NCBI GenBank assembly: GCA_963725585.1
Contig: CAVRYU010000006.1
Span: forward strand, 20,540-84,539
DNA: 64,000 nt
Direction: 5' to 3'
DNA from: an uncultured Bacteroidales bacterium
Lineage (GTDB): Bacteria > Bacteroidota > Bacteroidia > Bacteroidales > VadinHA17
This document shows positions 10,515 to 21,696 of this stretch, in pieces; positions within the stretch are counted from its first letter, which is position 1; every line of letters begins with the position of its first letter. The notes below the pieces were generated by a model that saw only the letters and a list, made by a program, of their open reading frames with translations, was not told the origin of the DNA and did no database searches. A program made the translations under genes and the position numbers.

Positions 10515-12515
10515 TCAGTTTTTAAACCTGTTCATCCGTTCAATGAGTTCATCCCCCAGGGCACTCTTCTGCCTGATGTGCTCCTGTATTGCAGCAACAA
10601 CACTGTTTGAATGAAAATCGCCTCTGACCTCTTCAAAATCAAGCTTTTTAATCTCATCTCCGCCATCAATTCCAAATCCGGTCATCGAGGAAAGATTGAA
10701 CTCCTTCCTGGCATCATCGTATAGCATTTTATCAAGGTCAATAACGCTTTTTTTCCATTTTTCGACTATCCCGATTACATCGGCAGCTGTGAAATCTTTA
10801 ACAGGCTTCCCTGTCTCCTCCTCAATTCTTTCACATGCCCATGTCCACTCCCATTTATAATAAGATCCGTGCATCTTCCTGAATGCTTCAGTAACCCCCT
10901 CAATAGTATTTATTTTATCCGATTCGATATCATCAAGTAGCTTGCTTACAGCCTGTTTTGGTGCAATCAATCCTGCAATGTCAACCCATTCCCCTTTCCC
11001 CATCGACTGATCAGGAGCGAGTCTTTTCTGCAATTCGCCGTCCGATTTGAAATTGATGTTCTCAAGTCTTTTAATAAGTGAGTTGCCAAGGAATTTATTT
11101 ATCCCGGTCTGGTAAAGTTCAATCCCCTTTTCAAGCGAACTGCCTTTGATCTTCATATTATTGTAAGAATAGGATCCGGAACCTGTTCCTGACACCGATT
11201 TCAGCTTGCGGAGAAGTTCCCTGCCTTCAAACATTTTGCGGATAGTATATGGGCTAAGAAGATTGAAATTAACCTGATCGTGCTTGACCGGATCTTTTCT
11301 CCTGTCACGGACAGGCCACTTCTGGGCATCCCTTATTGTACCAACACTTCTCAGGTTTATACCCGGAACGAGTATGCTTTCATCGTTGCTTTCAATAAGG
11401 TAGGAGAAAGGAAGGGATGAAGTATCCATATTCTTGTAATGGCGTCCCATAACAAGGGTATATGGGCCAATACGGGCGGGCCAGAGCACATATGAATCAC
11501 TGGTTGTTTTGGATCCCCGTTCCATTATACCCTGATGTATCGGACCAAGCTTGTACATGTGATTGCTCTGGTTCGATCCGCTTCCTGCATTCATGAATGA
11601 AAAAATACCCGCAATAAGGAGAGTCGATTTATGGTGGGTCACGGTATATGGTCCTGCAAATATTGAACAAGCTTCACCGTGATAGCCCCCGCAGTTTGCA
11701 AAAAAGAGTGAATTCTCAGCTGAGTAGTGCTTGCCCAGAACGCACCCCTGACCAATAAAGCATTTGTCGATGAGGGTCGATTCAGTAACAATTGAACCGG
11801 AGCAGACAATGAAATGCTCCATAATGACTCCCGGCCCAATGAAGACAGGATCTTCCCTGCAGCTGTTAACCGATCCTTCATCAAGCTTTATGCTCTCCTC
11901 AATGCGGCTGAAGGGGCCAATTCTGACATTTCTGATCTGTCTGCAACTCATTATGCGGGATCCTGTTCCGATAGTCCCTGTATCAGAACTTTTTGATTTT
12001 GAATATTCGCGAATCATAAGCTCCATCTTCTTAATAGCTTTTACACGGTGACGGTAAAGAGCTATAATATAAGCCTGATGGGCCGAAAGCTGGTCCCAGA
12101 TCAGAACTGACCTGCCGCCTGTTTCGTTCAGCACAGCAACTTCTGTTCCGTTGCCGAAGGAAGAGACACCCTGCATACTTATTTTTCCGCAGTTTGAAAT
12201 TATCACATCATCTTCAATCCGGTAATTTGCAATATAATCCCCTATATTTTTGATCAGGACATCTGAACCGATATCGCAGTTGTGAATGTGAGCATTGTTA
12301 ATGCCGCACATTACACTTACTCCTGATTCGTCGGTATATGACTTACTGAAGTTCCCAAGCTTTATATCGCCCGAAAAAGTAACATTTATGCACCTTGAGG
12401 GATCAAATCCTTCTGTCACATGAACCCTGCTCCAGTCATCACAACTGCATCTATTGGACATCAGTTCTTTAATCTCCGCTGTAGTAAGTTTTCTGAATTT
12501 TTTTGTGGATTTCAT
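10515..12515 (-). CDS. DUF4954-family protein (hexapeptide/beta-helix-like repeats), function unknown
   Basis: 666 aa with VLNETGGR, GEACSIFAGPYTVTHHKSTLLIAG and GSGSNQSNHMYKLGPIHQG, recognised as the DUF4954 signature; repeated IGxG units. Confidence 0.8.
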   Translation of the reverse strand: MKSTKKFRKLTTAEIKELMSNRCSCDDWSRVHVTEGFDPSRCINVTFSGDIKLGNFSKSYTDESGVSVMCGINNAHIHNCDIGSDVLIKNIGDYIANYRIEDDVIISNCGKISMQGVSSFGNGTEVAVLNETGGRSVLIWDQLSAHQAYIIALYRHRVKAIKKMELMIREYSKSKSSDTGTIGTGSRIMSCRQIRNVRIGPFSRIEESIKLDEGSVNSCREDPVFIGPGVIMEHFIVCSGSIVTESTLIDKCFIGQGCVLGKHYSAENSLFFANCGGYHGEACSIFAGPYTVTHHKSTLLIAGIFSFMNAGSGSNQSNHMYKLGPIHQGIMERGSKTTSDSYVLWPARIGPYTLVMGRHYKNMDTSSLPFSYLIESNDESILVPGINLRSVGTIRDAQKWPVRDRRKDPVKHDQVNFNLLSPYTIRKMFEGRELLRKLKSVSGTGSGSYSYNNMKIKGSSLEKGIELYQTGINKFLGNSLIKRLENINFKSDGELQKRLAPDQSMGKGEWVDIAGLIAPKQAVSKLLDDIESDKINTIEGVTEAFRKMHGSYYKWEWTWACERIEEETGKPVKDFTAADVIGIVEKWKKSVIDLDKMLYDDARKEFNLSSMTGFGIDGGDEIKKLDFEEVRGDFHSNSVVAAIQEHIRQKSALGDELIERMNRFKN

Positions 12516-12536
12516 TTCAGAAGGATTTATATTTTT

Positions 12537-14373
12537 CTATTCAACAGTAACGGATTTGGCAAGATTTCTTGGCTGATCGACATTGCATCCTCTCAGTACT
12601 GCAATGTGGTACGATAACAGCTGAAGGGGTATAACTGCCAGTATTCCTGAAAATGCAGGAAGTGTCTCCGGAACCTCAAGGACATAATCAGCCATCTTTC
12701 GTATCAATTCATCTCCTTCGGTAACAATGGCTATTACATTTCCCTTTCTTGCCTTTATTTCCTGGATATTGCTTACAATTTTATCGTAAATATCGTCTTT
12801 TGTGGCGACCACTACGACAGGCATGTTTTCATCAATAAGTGCAATAGGACCATGTTTCATTTCAGCTGCCGGGTAACCTTCGGCATGGATGTATGATATC
12901 TCCTTAAGCTTTAGTGCTCCTTCGAGGGCAACAGGGAAGAGATATCCCCTGCCAAGGTAAAGTGCATTTTTGGTTTGCTGATATTTTTTTGCCAGCTCAA
13001 GTGCCTGGTCATTTACCTTGAGTGTCTTTTCAATTTTCGTCCGGGATAGATACCAGCTCATCAATTAGCTGCTTATAGGTTTCTGCTGTGATCACACCTT
13101 TCAGAAAGCCAATTTCAAATGCCATCATTGCAAGGACCGTAACCTGGGTAGTAAAAGCCTTGGTAGAGGCAACCCCAATTTCGGGACCTGCGTGGGTATA
13201 GACCCCGGCATCTGTTTCGCGCGGGATGCTTGAGCCGACGACATTACATATACCAATTACTTTTGCCCCCCGTTCCCTGGCTATTTTTACTGCGGCCAGA
13301 GTATCTGCAGTCTCTCCACTCTGGCTTATTGCAATTACTATATCGCCTTTTTTTATTATCGGATCTCTGTAACGGAATTCCGAAGCATATTCCACCTCAA
13401 CAGGTATTCTTGTAAATTCTTCAAAAAGATATTCACCAAGTAAACCTGCATGCCATGATGTGCCGCAAGCCACAATAATTATCTTTTCCGACTGTGAGAT
13501 TGTTTCGAGAACATCATGTAGTCCGCCCAGCATTATTCCGCTATGATCGGGCAGCACTCTTCCCCTGAATGTGTCGTGTATTGCTCTTGGTTGTTCAAAT
13601 ATCTCCTTAAGCATGAAGTGAGCAAAACCTTCCTTATCTATTTCCCCAATCTTCAGGTCAACTTCCTTTACTTCAGGTTCAATATTTTTCGGACGTATCG
13701 ATTTAAGGACAAGTTCATCCCTCTTTATTATTGCTATGTCATCATCCTTCAGATAGATTACCCTCTGTGTGTATTCAACTATCGGGGTGGCATCGGAAGC
13801 AATGAAGTTTTCTCCCTCTCCAACCCCGATCACCAGAGGACTTCCTTTTCTGGCAGCATAAAGCCTGTCGGTCTCCTTTGTACAGATAATTACGAGTCCA
13901 TAGGCTCCCTCAACCCTGTTAAGTGCAAGCGTGATTGCCTGTTCTGCGGTAAGATCGCCCTCAAGATAGAGGTGTTCGATCAGGTTGGCAAGCACTTCTG
14001 TGTCGGTCTGGCTGTTGAACTGTATTCCACGGCTTTGCAAATGTTTTTTGATAAGGGCGTAATTTTCAATTATCCCGTTATGGACAACAATAAAATTACC
14101 CTTATATGAAACCTGTGGGTGTGCATTTAATTCATTGGGTTCACCATGTGTTGCCCATCTTGTATGACCCATCCCCACAGTTCCGTTAAAATCAGTGCCA
14201 TTAACCATTTTCTCCAGATCCTCGACCCTTCCCTTGCATTTGAAAATCTTTGTTTCCCCATTGATAATTGCAAGTCCGGCGGAATCATATCCCCGGTATT
14301 CAAGCCGTTTAAGTCCTTTAATTATAATTTCCCTTGCGGGTTTTGATCCGATATACCCAACTATTCCGCACAT
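12537..14373 (-). CDS. glmS: Glutamine--fructose-6-phosphate aminotransferase, split by one indel near 13033
   Basis: N-terminal [24 protein letters not shown] and VASTKAFT; the C-terminal part carries [14 protein letters not shown] and [11 protein letters not shown]. Confidence 0.96.
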
Positions 14374-14481
14374 AAGCGATTATTTTTATAAATGAAAAAT
14401 CACGGACTGAAAATCAGTTCGTATTAGCTGAAAAAACGGTCGAATGAATTCAATTATTGCAGAAGTATATAAAGAAGGTGA

Positions 14482-15288
14482 TCAGGAGAGTAACTTGTCA
14501 TAAAAATCGTTATAGGCATCTATGTATTTTTCCTCATCCTGGAAAGAAAGAACCGGTTTGTTGATGGTTTTAAGATATTTCGACAATTCAGCATTAATAT
14601 CTTCGCTTCCGACAATTACTGCATCGGAGTATTTAATAGCAAGCTTGGAAACACTGATAAAATCAGGATTCTTTACCAGCTTGAGGTTTTCACCGTCAAT
14701 TCCGTCGTATCTTAACTTGTCGGCGAATGTGGATCTGAAAGGAGTGACGAAATCATTGCTATAGACTGAATAGACTATTTTATAATTATGAAACAGTGGA
14801 TCATCGTTATAAATACTTCGCAGATATACAGGAACCAGAGATGCCATCCAGCCATGACAATGAACAATGTCAGGAGCCCATCTCAGTTTCTTTACAGTCT
14901 CAATAACACCCCGGGCAAAGAACAGAGCCCGCTCATCATTATCTTCAAACTCCTTGCCTGACGAATCGGAAACAGTATGCTTCCTCTGGAAATAATCATC
15001 ATTGTCAATAAAGTAAACCTGCATACGGGCCGACTGTATCGAAGCAACCTTAATGATAAGAGGATGATCGGTGTCGTCAATTATAAGATTCATTCCCGAG
15101 AGCCTTATAACCTCATGCAGCTGGTTTCTTCTTTCATTGATGCTTCCATACCGAGGCATAAAGGTTCTTATTTCCTTACCCCTTTCCTGAATTCCCTGCG
15201 GGAGATATCTGCCTATCTTTGATAACTTGGTTTCGCCTAAATATGGAGTGATCTCCTGAGAAATAAACAATACTTTCTTGCTTTCCAT
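14482..15288 (-). CDS. Glycogen/starch synthase N-terminal (GT5) domain protein, Bacteroidota short form
   Basis: RTFMPRYGSINERRNQLHEVIRLSGMN, DNDER and WAPDIVHCHGW; only 268 aa. Confidence 0.85.
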   Translation of the reverse strand: MESKKVLFISQEITPYLGETKLSKIGRYLPQGIQERGKEIRTFMPRYGSINERRNQLHEVIRLSGMNLIIDDTDHPLIIKVASIQSARMQVYFIDNDDYFQRKHTVSDSSGKEFEDNDERALFFARGVIETVKKLRWAPDIVHCHGWMASLVPVYLRSIYNDDPLFHNYKIVYSVYSNDFVTPFRSTFADKLRYDGIDGENLKLVKNPDFISVSKLAIKYSDAVIVGSEDINAELSKYLKTINKPVLSFQDEEKYIDAYNDFYDKLLS

Positions 15289-15323
15289 TTATATGCCTGG
15301 ATATACCATTCCGTAACAACTTG

Positions 15324-15331
15324 CAAAGATA
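15324..15331 (-). promoter_or_regulatory. -7 box TATCTTTG for the GT5-glmS-DUF4954 transcript
   Basis: TAnnTTTG on the minus strand about 35 bp upstream of ATG 15288. Confidence 0.55.
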
Positions 15332-15437
15332 ATAATAAAAAATGACAATATTATCAATACATTGTTATTGGTATTTCTGTTTAACCGGTAGTTTATTTTA
15401 TTCCTTTAAGTTCAGGATCAAATACTTTTATTTCATT

Positions 15438-15445
15438 TAGGTTTG
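15438..15445 (+). promoter_or_regulatory. -7 box TAGGTTTG for panC
   Basis: TAnnTTTG about 18 bp upstream of ATG 15463. Confidence 0.5.
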
Positions 15446-15462
15446 CATAAAAATCAGGAATT

Positions 15463-16317
15463 ATGAAAGTAGTAAGTACTGTCAAAGAGCTTCAGAAAGC
15501 AACTAAAGGACCGGATTCTTCACCTCTTGGATTTGTACCGACAATGGGAGCACTTCATCGCGGTCACATCACACTTGTACAAAATGCTAAAGATCTCTGC
15601 CGTATGGTTGTTGTAAGCATTTATGTCAACCCCACTCAATTTAACGATAAAAACGACCTGAGGAATTATCCAAGGACTCTTGACGATGACCTGGCACTGC
15701 TTCAGTCAGTTCTCAGGGAAAATGATATTGTATTTACACCCGATGATAAAGAGATTTACCCGGTTGAGGACCGGAGGATCTTTCATTTTGGAAATCTTGA
15801 TAATGTGATGGAGGCTTTGCACAGGCCCGGTCATTTTAACGGTGTTGCACAGGTGGTCAGCAGGCTGTTCGAAATTGTGAAACCGGATATTGCAATTTTC
15901 GGACAGAAGGATTTTCAACAGCTGGCTGTAATCAAAGAACTTGTCAGACAGATGGGAAACAAGGTAAAAATTATAGGCAACCCCATAATAAGGGAGGATG
16001 ACGGGTTGGCCATGAGCAGCAGAAACCGTCTTCTCGATCAGGCTATAAGGAAAAAAGCAGGCATAATATATTCAACAATTTCTGCAGCTGCCAGCATGAT
16101 AAATGACCATGACATCCCTTATCTGATTACTTATGTCAAGAGGACCATTGAAAGAGCAGAAGGGTTCAGCGTGGAGTATTTCGAAATTGTTGACGATAAA
16201 GAATTAAAACCGGTTGCTGCACGGTGTGAAATGAAAAAAGGTAAGAACTATTTTGGATGCATCGCAGTCAGGGCAGGAAATATAAGGCTGATAGATAATA
16301 TCGAAATTCCCTTGTAA
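15463..16317 (+). CDS. panC: Pantoate--beta-alanine ligase
   Basis: GFVPTMGALHRGH, VNPTQF, RPGHFNGV, FGQKDFQQ, GLAMSSRN and RLIDN. Confidence 0.97.
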   Translation: MKVVSTVKELQKATKGPDSSPLGFVPTMGALHRGHITLVQNAKDLCRMVVVSIYVNPTQFNDKNDLRNYPRTLDDDLALLQSVLRENDIVFTPDDKEIYPVEDRRIFHFGNLDNVMEALHRPGHFNGVAQVVSRLFEIVKPDIAIFGQKDFQQLAVIKELVRQMGNKVKIIGNPIIREDDGLAMSSRNRLLDQAIRKKAGIIYSTISAAASMINDHDIPYLITYVKRTIERAEGFSVEYFEIVDDKELKPVAARCEMKKGKNYFGCIAVRAGNIRLIDNIEIPL

Positions 16318-16368
16318 TCAATTAAAAGGATACTTAAATTTGCCCCATAAAAATTTCATTTGCCAAAA

Positions 16369-16719
16369 ATGTTTATAGAAATATTAAAATCAAAAATACA
16401 TAAGGTTACCGTAACTGAAGCAAATATTCAGTATGTCGGAAGTGTTTCTATTGATGAAGATCTGATGGATGCTTCCAATATAATTGAAAATGAAAAGGTA
16501 CAGGTCCTCGACGTAAATAATGGTGAGCGTATCGAGACTTATGTGATTAAGGCTGAAAGAGGATCAGGAAAGATCTGTATGAATGGCCCTGCAGCCAGAA
16601 AAGTGGCAGTGGGCGATGTTATAATAATCATGTCGTTTGCAACCATCGATTTCCAGGAAGCAAAATCCTTCAGGCCGTCTGTTATTTTTCCCGATACAAA
16701 CACAAACAAACTGATCTGA
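16369..16719 (+). CDS. panD: Aspartate 1-decarboxylase
   Basis: KSKIHK, YVGS autocleavage site, NGERIETY and NGPAAR; preceded by TAAATTTG at 16335. Confidence 0.97.
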   Translation: MFIEILKSKIHKVTVTEANIQYVGSVSIDEDLMDASNIIENEKVQVLDVNNGERIETYVIKAERGSGKICMNGPAARKVAVGDVIIIMSFATIDFQEAKSFRPSVIFPDTNTNKLI

Positions 16720-16721
16720 AT

Positions 16722-17739
16722 TTGAGAAAAGGTTTAATACAGGCCGGAAAGTTTACTGCTTTTCTAGCTGTTGGGATCCTGCTGCTGTGGATTGCTTTCA
16801 GGACCGTTAATTTTAAAGCACTGGCCGACGATCTTAAAGGGGCAAATTATTATTGGCTGATTTTATCAACACTATTCGGCCTTTTCGGCTATCTAAGCCG
16901 TGCCCGGAGATGGATAATCCTTATAAATCCACTGGGGTATAACCCCGGATACTGGAACACTTTCCATTCAATGATGTCAGGGTATCTTGCCAATCTGGCT
17001 CTTCCCAGGATCGGAGAAATAACCAGGTGCGTTGCACTGGGTAAAAAAGAGAAGATCCCGGTCGATCAGCTTATCGGAACTGTGGTAATTGAACGTACTA
17101 TTGATTTCATATCAATTCTGATTATTATGTTAGGGCTCTTTTTTACAAGCGGTTCCAGAATCAGGGAGTATCTGAATGCAAGCATTATCGTACCATTCAG
17201 GGAAAAAGTGCTTTCGGTTTTTGGTGCAGCCTGGATCCTTTGGGCTATCGTTATAGGTTTATCAGTCATTTCCCTGTACATGCTTATTCATTACAAAAAG
17301 GAGCTCCGGAAGATAAAATTCTTTTCAAAAATATTCGATCTCGCACATGGTGTGATAAACGGTCTTAAAACAATATCAAAGCTTAAAAGGAACTGGGAAT
17401 TCATCTTTCATACAATATTCATCTGGCTTAATTATGCACTGATGACGTGGATTGTTCTTCTTCTGCATTGAGAGTACATCCCAGCTGTCGTTTGCCAGTT
17501 CGATCTTTATTCTTGTAATTGGCGGCCTCGCAATGTCAGCCCCGGTCCAGGGAGGAATCGGTGCTTACCACTATTTTGTTTCAAGGGGGATAGCATTCCT
17601 GGCCGGGGTAAGTATTGAAGATGGTTCCGCATATGCAATACTTACTCACGAATCGCAACTGATCCTTGTATTAATACTTGGGGCAGTAGCGTTTTATGTG
17701 CTATCAAGGAAGAATCAAAAAAATGGTAATAATGCCTAA
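16722..17739 (+). CDS. Lysylphosphatidylglycerol synthase TM-region / flippase-like membrane protein, indel near 17455
   Basis: RARRW, GYLANLALPRIGEITRC and GTVVIER..D, then PVQGGIGAYH in the next frame. Confidence 0.82.
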
Positions 17740-19093
17740 ATCGAAAACAGTTTTCGTTTGCCAGAATTGCGGGGTAGAATCTGCAAAATGGATTGGAAGG
17801 TGCCCTTCGTGCAAGGAATGGAATACTTACCATGAAGAGATCATCGCCCCTTCATCGCCCCATGAAAGATCTTATTCTACAGGTCAGGAAAAGAGGAAGC
17901 CTGAGCTCCTGGATAGTATAATCTCTGATGAACACCACCGCCTCAAGACAGGCATCACCGAACTTGACAGGATTCTTGGCGGCGGAATGGTACCTGGCTC
18001 CCTGATCTTGCTGGGTGGCGAACCAGGTGTCGGAAAATCGACTCTTGCTTTGCAGCTCGCACTTGCCCTCAGCGGGAAAAGCGTTCTTTATGTTTCAGGG
18101 GAAGAAAGTGAAGAACAGATAAGCCTCAGGGCCAAAAGGCTCAAAAAATCTAATCCTGCATGCTTTATCTACTCTGAAACTGATCTTGAAAATATTCTTA
18201 TCCAGGCTGAAAACATTAAGCCCGGTTTGATAATAATCGACTCCATTCAGACAATTCACACAGGTATCCTTGAGTCTTCAGCCGGTTCAGTTTCACAGGT
18301 CAGAGAATGTGCGGCTCAGCTTCTGAAGTTTTCAAAAATAACCGGCATACCTGTTTTCCTGATCGGACATATTACAAAGGACGGTACTCTGGCCGGACCC
18401 AAGGTGCTTGAGCATATTGTCGACATTGTACTGTATTTCGAAGGTGACAATAATTACATATACCGTTTGCTCAGATCGGTAAAGAACAGGTTTGGATCGA
18501 CTTCAGAACTTGCAATATTTGAAATGGTAGAAAGCGGCTTGAGGGAAGTTGCAAATCCTTCAGCAATGTTTATAAACCAGCACGATGAACCCATAAGCGG
18601 AATTTCAATAGCCGCAACAGTCGATGGGCTCAGACCATTTCTCATTGAGACCCAGGCTCTTGTAAGCAGTGCTGTTTACGGCAACCCTCAACGAAGCTCA
18701 ACCGGGTTTGATATCCGGAGGCTGAATATGCTTCTGGCAGTTCTTGAAAAAAGAGCCGGCTTCCGGCTTGGTGTCAAAGATGTTTTCCTGAACATTGCAG
18801 GTGGAATTAAAGTAGACGATCCTGCAATTGATCTGGCAATTATTACATCAGTCCTGTCTTCAAATCTGGATATTCCTGTCGGAAGGGATGTTTGTTGTTC
18901 CGGTGAAGTTGGCCTATCGGGCGAAATAAGACCTGTCTCGCGTATTGAACAACGCATCAAAGAAGCTGCAAAAATGGGTTTTCGAAAAATTTATATCTCA
19001 AAATTCCACAGGAACATTTCGATTACGGGATCTGAAATTGAAGTGATTTCTGTCGGTAAAGTTGAAGCTCTTGTACGTTCTATGTTTAGCTAA
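17732..19093 (+). CDS. radA: DNA repair protein RadA/Sms
   Basis: C4 zinc finger CQNCG..CPSC, Walker A GEPGVGKS, KNRFG motif and a Lon-like C-terminus. Confidence 0.97.
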   Translation: MPKSKTVFVCQNCGVESAKWIGRCPSCKEWNTYHEEIIAPSSPHERSYSTGQEKRKPELLDSIISDEHHRLKTGITELDRILGGGMVPGSLILLGGEPGVGKSTLALQLALALSGKSVLYVSGEESEEQISLRAKRLKKSNPACFIYSETDLENILIQAENIKPGLIIIDSIQTIHTGILESSAGSVSQVRECAAQLLKFSKITGIPVFLIGHITKDGTLAGPKVLEHIVDIVLYFEGDNNYIYRLLRSVKNRFGSTSELAIFEMVESGLREVANPSAMFINQHDEPISGISIAATVDGLRPFLIETQALVSSAVYGNPQRSSTGFDIRRLNMLLAVLEKRAGFRLGVKDVFLNIAGGIKVDDPAIDLAIITSVLSSNLDIPVGRDVCCSGEVGLSGEIRPVSRIEQRIKEAAKMGFRKIYISKFHRNISITGSEIEVISVGKVEALVRSMFS

Positions 19094-19215
19094 AAAAATC
19101 TTGCGGTCCTATTGTTTTGCAGTCTTATGGTCTGAACAATTATTATGCTTGCCATAGTCTTTGGCGACGGCCCGCTGGCGGAGAAGCAATCCTTCTCCCA
19201 AAAACAGAATAGCTT

Positions 19216-21576
19216 TTAGTATTTCTCCCTAATATATCCTCCTCTCCTCGAACTTTCTCTTTTTGCTTTATCGCAATCTGTTTCGATGCTGAAATTTGAG
19301 GGACGTTCAAATTCATCCGATTCCATTATTCCGAACTGAGGATCGTTATAAACTTTTCTCATGAAGAGCCCGAACACCGGAAGAGCCATCTGGGCCCCCT
19401 GACCTTCAGTGAGAGTTTCGAAATGTATAGCCTGATCCTCCCATCCGCTCCATACACCACCAACAAGGTTGGGTGTCACACCCATAAACCATCCATTCGA
19501 ATTATTCTGAGTGGTCCCGGTTTTGCCTCCAATCTGGTTCAGGAGCATATAAGGTTCTCTTCTTAACCTGTTACCAGATCCAATGAGCACGACTCCCTGA
19601 AGAAGGTCAAGCATAAGATAGGCCTGCTCCTCACTCAGTACCTCCTCAATCTGCTGGGTGAACTTAGTAATTAAATTGCCATTCTTATCATCAATACGCG
19701 TAACATACATTGGTCTTGTATAGACTCCCCTGTTTGCATAAGTCGAATAAGCCCCTACCATTTCTTCAAGCTTTATATCTGATGTACCAAGGAATATTGA
19801 AGGCACTGGATCTATAAAACTTCTTACCCCCATCCTCTTCATCAGTTCTGTTACTGCAGAGGGTCGGAACTGCTGCATTAGCCAGGCTGAAATATAGTTT
19901 TCTGATTGTGCCAGACCCCACTTGAGGGTAACCATTTTCCCGTGATACTCCTTCGGTCCTGAGCTTCTTGGTATCCACGGAACCGAATCGCCCGGAAGAT
20001 CAAACGACCTTGGGATATTCTCAACTTCGGTGCATGGAGTATATCCGTTCTGCATTGCAACAGTGTAAAGGAATGGTTTGATTGTGCTTCCGACCTGTTT
20101 TCTCTGTTGTGTAACCGCATCCCACTTGAAGTATCTGAAATCGGGACCTCCCACATAAGCTTTCACATATCCCAGGTGAGGGTCCTCAACAAGAAATGCC
20201 GAACGGACAAAATACTTATAATATCTTACGGAATCATAAGGTGTCATAATTGTATCAATTTCCCTGTTCTCTCCCTTCCAGGAAAAGACTTTCATTGGTA
20301 CCTTTGTATTGAACGCAAGCATTATGGAATCCATCGAAACTCCCCTGGCTTTCATCATTATATATCTTTCGCTGTCCTTTATTGATCTGAATATCAGATC
20401 TTCAACCTCCTTTTTGGTAAGATCATTAGAATAGGGAGGATTCCTGAATCCTTTTGCACGCTTGTAAAAATCGGGCTGAACCTCTTTTGAAAGATGTTCT
20501 GCGAGAGCTTCCTCAGCATATTGCTGCATCCTGGAGTTTATGGTGGTATAGATTTTAAGCCCGTCCTTATAAACATCATAATTGGATCCGTCAGGTTTTT
20601 TATTCTTGTTGCACCAGCCGTAAAGAGGATTATTATCCCATTCCCATTGGGCTTCCTCATATGATGATTCCCTTTCATACCTGCTCCTGACGGGTTCCGG
20701 TTTTCTCATAATATTCCTCAGGTATTCCCGCAGATATGTGGCCCGCCCTGTATTATGGTCCTCCAATCTGAAATCAAGTGCAAGAGACAGCTGCTTAAGT
20801 GAATCTGCCATCTCAGGGTGGATGTATCCGTACTTTGCCATTTGTGAAAGTACAGTATTTCTCCTCTGAAGCATTCTCTCGGGATATTTCCTGGGATTAT
20901 AAGCACTGGAATTCTTTAACATCCCGACGAGGACGGCAGCCTCTTCAATTTTAAGTGAATCGGGAGTTGTATTGAAATAAACTCTCGCTGCCGATCTTAT
21001 TCCAATTGCCTGATAAAGGAAATCATATTTATTAAGGTACATTGCTATGATCTCCTCCTTTGTATAACTCTTCTCGAGCTTTACGGCAGTCTGCCATTCC
21101 TTGAATTTTGTGACACCAAGCCTGAGTTTCCTTGTAAAAGCAGAGACATGAGCAGTATCCCTCGGATATAATTGTTTTGCAAGCTGCTGTGTTATAGTAC
21201 TTCCTCCTCCTGTTTTTTGTCCAAGAACGATTGTGCGGACTATTGCTCTGCCCAGGCCCCGGATATCGATTCCTGAGTGCCTGTGATACCTGATATCCTC
21301 CGTTGCTATAAGAGCGTTGATAAGATAAGGAGAGAGATCATTGTAATCGGTCCAGGTGCGGTTTTCAATGCTTATCTTTCCAAGGAGCACACCATCTTCG
21401 GAATAGACTTCAGCAGCAAGGTTGTATTCAGGATTTTCAAGTTCTCTGAATGATGGCATTGGTCCAAGCTTTCCATATGATATCAGTATGAAAATAATCA
21501 GAACTACCACGAACGGAATGATGAACAATGTCCAGAACCAGATAAGGTATTTCCTGTTTGATGAATCGCCTTTCAT
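19216..21576 (-). CDS. Penicillin-binding protein 1A (transglycosylase + transpeptidase)
   Basis: N-terminal TM helix, ATEDIRY..HSGID and GGSTITQQLAK; transpeptidase motifs STIK, SEN and KTGT; TATTTTTG -7 box at 21596-21603. Confidence 0.93.
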   Translation of the reverse strand: MKGDSSNRKYLIWFWTLFIIPFVVVLIIFILISYGKLGPMPSFRELENPEYNLAAEVYSEDGVLLGKISIENRTWTDYNDLSPYLINALIATEDIRYHRHSGIDIRGLGRAIVRTIVLGQKTGGGSTITQQLAKQLYPRDTAHVSAFTRKLRLGVTKFKEWQTAVKLEKSYTKEEIIAMYLNKYDFLYQAIGIRSAARVYFNTTPDSLKIEEAAVLVGMLKNSSAYNPRKYPERMLQRRNTVLSQMAKYGYIHPEMADSLKQLSLALDFRLEDHNTGRATYLREYLRNIMRKPEPVRSRYERESSYEEAQWEWDNNPLYGWCNKNKKPDGSNYDVYKDGLKIYTTINSRMQQYAEEALAEHLSKEVQPDFYKRAKGFRNPPYSNDLTKKEVEDLIFRSIKDSERYIMMKARGVSMDSIMLAFNTKVPMKVFSWKGENREIDTIMTPYDSVRYYKYFVRSAFLVEDPHLGYVKAYVGGPDFRYFKWDAVTQQRKQVGSTIKPFLYTVAMQNGYTPCTEVENIPRSFDLPGDSVPWIPRSSGPKEYHGKMVTLKWGLAQSENYISAWLMQQFRPSAVTELMKRMGVRSFIDPVPSIFLGTSDIKLEEMVGAYSTYANRGVYTRPMYVTRIDDKNGNLITKFTQQIEEVLSEEQAYLMLDLLQGVVLIGSGNRLRREPYMLLNQIGGKTGTTQNNSNGWFMGVTPNLVGGVWSGWEDQAIHFETLTEGQGAQMALPVFGLFMRKVYNDPQFGIMESDEFERPSNFSIETDCDKAKRESSRRGGYIREKY

Positions 21577-21696
21577 TAGCTTCGCGAGTTTGGCTCAAAA
21601 ATAGTAATTAATAAAGAATCTTAACCGTTTATTTTGAAGTTTGGAACCTAAATGACTTACTTTGTCGTGTTTTTAAAAGAGTTAAATCCTTCTGAT

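Noticed and set aside
14374-14481. Possible glmS ribozyme upstream of glmS
   Set aside because: The 108-bp AT-rich gap shows no recognisable glmS ribozyme core or paired domains.
19150-19200. GC-rich patch with hairpin GGAGAAG-CAATC-CTTCTCC between radA and PBP1A, considered as tRNA or sRNA
   Set aside because: No cloverleaf, T-loop or CCA, and no proper U-tract. At most a weak terminator or repeat remnant.
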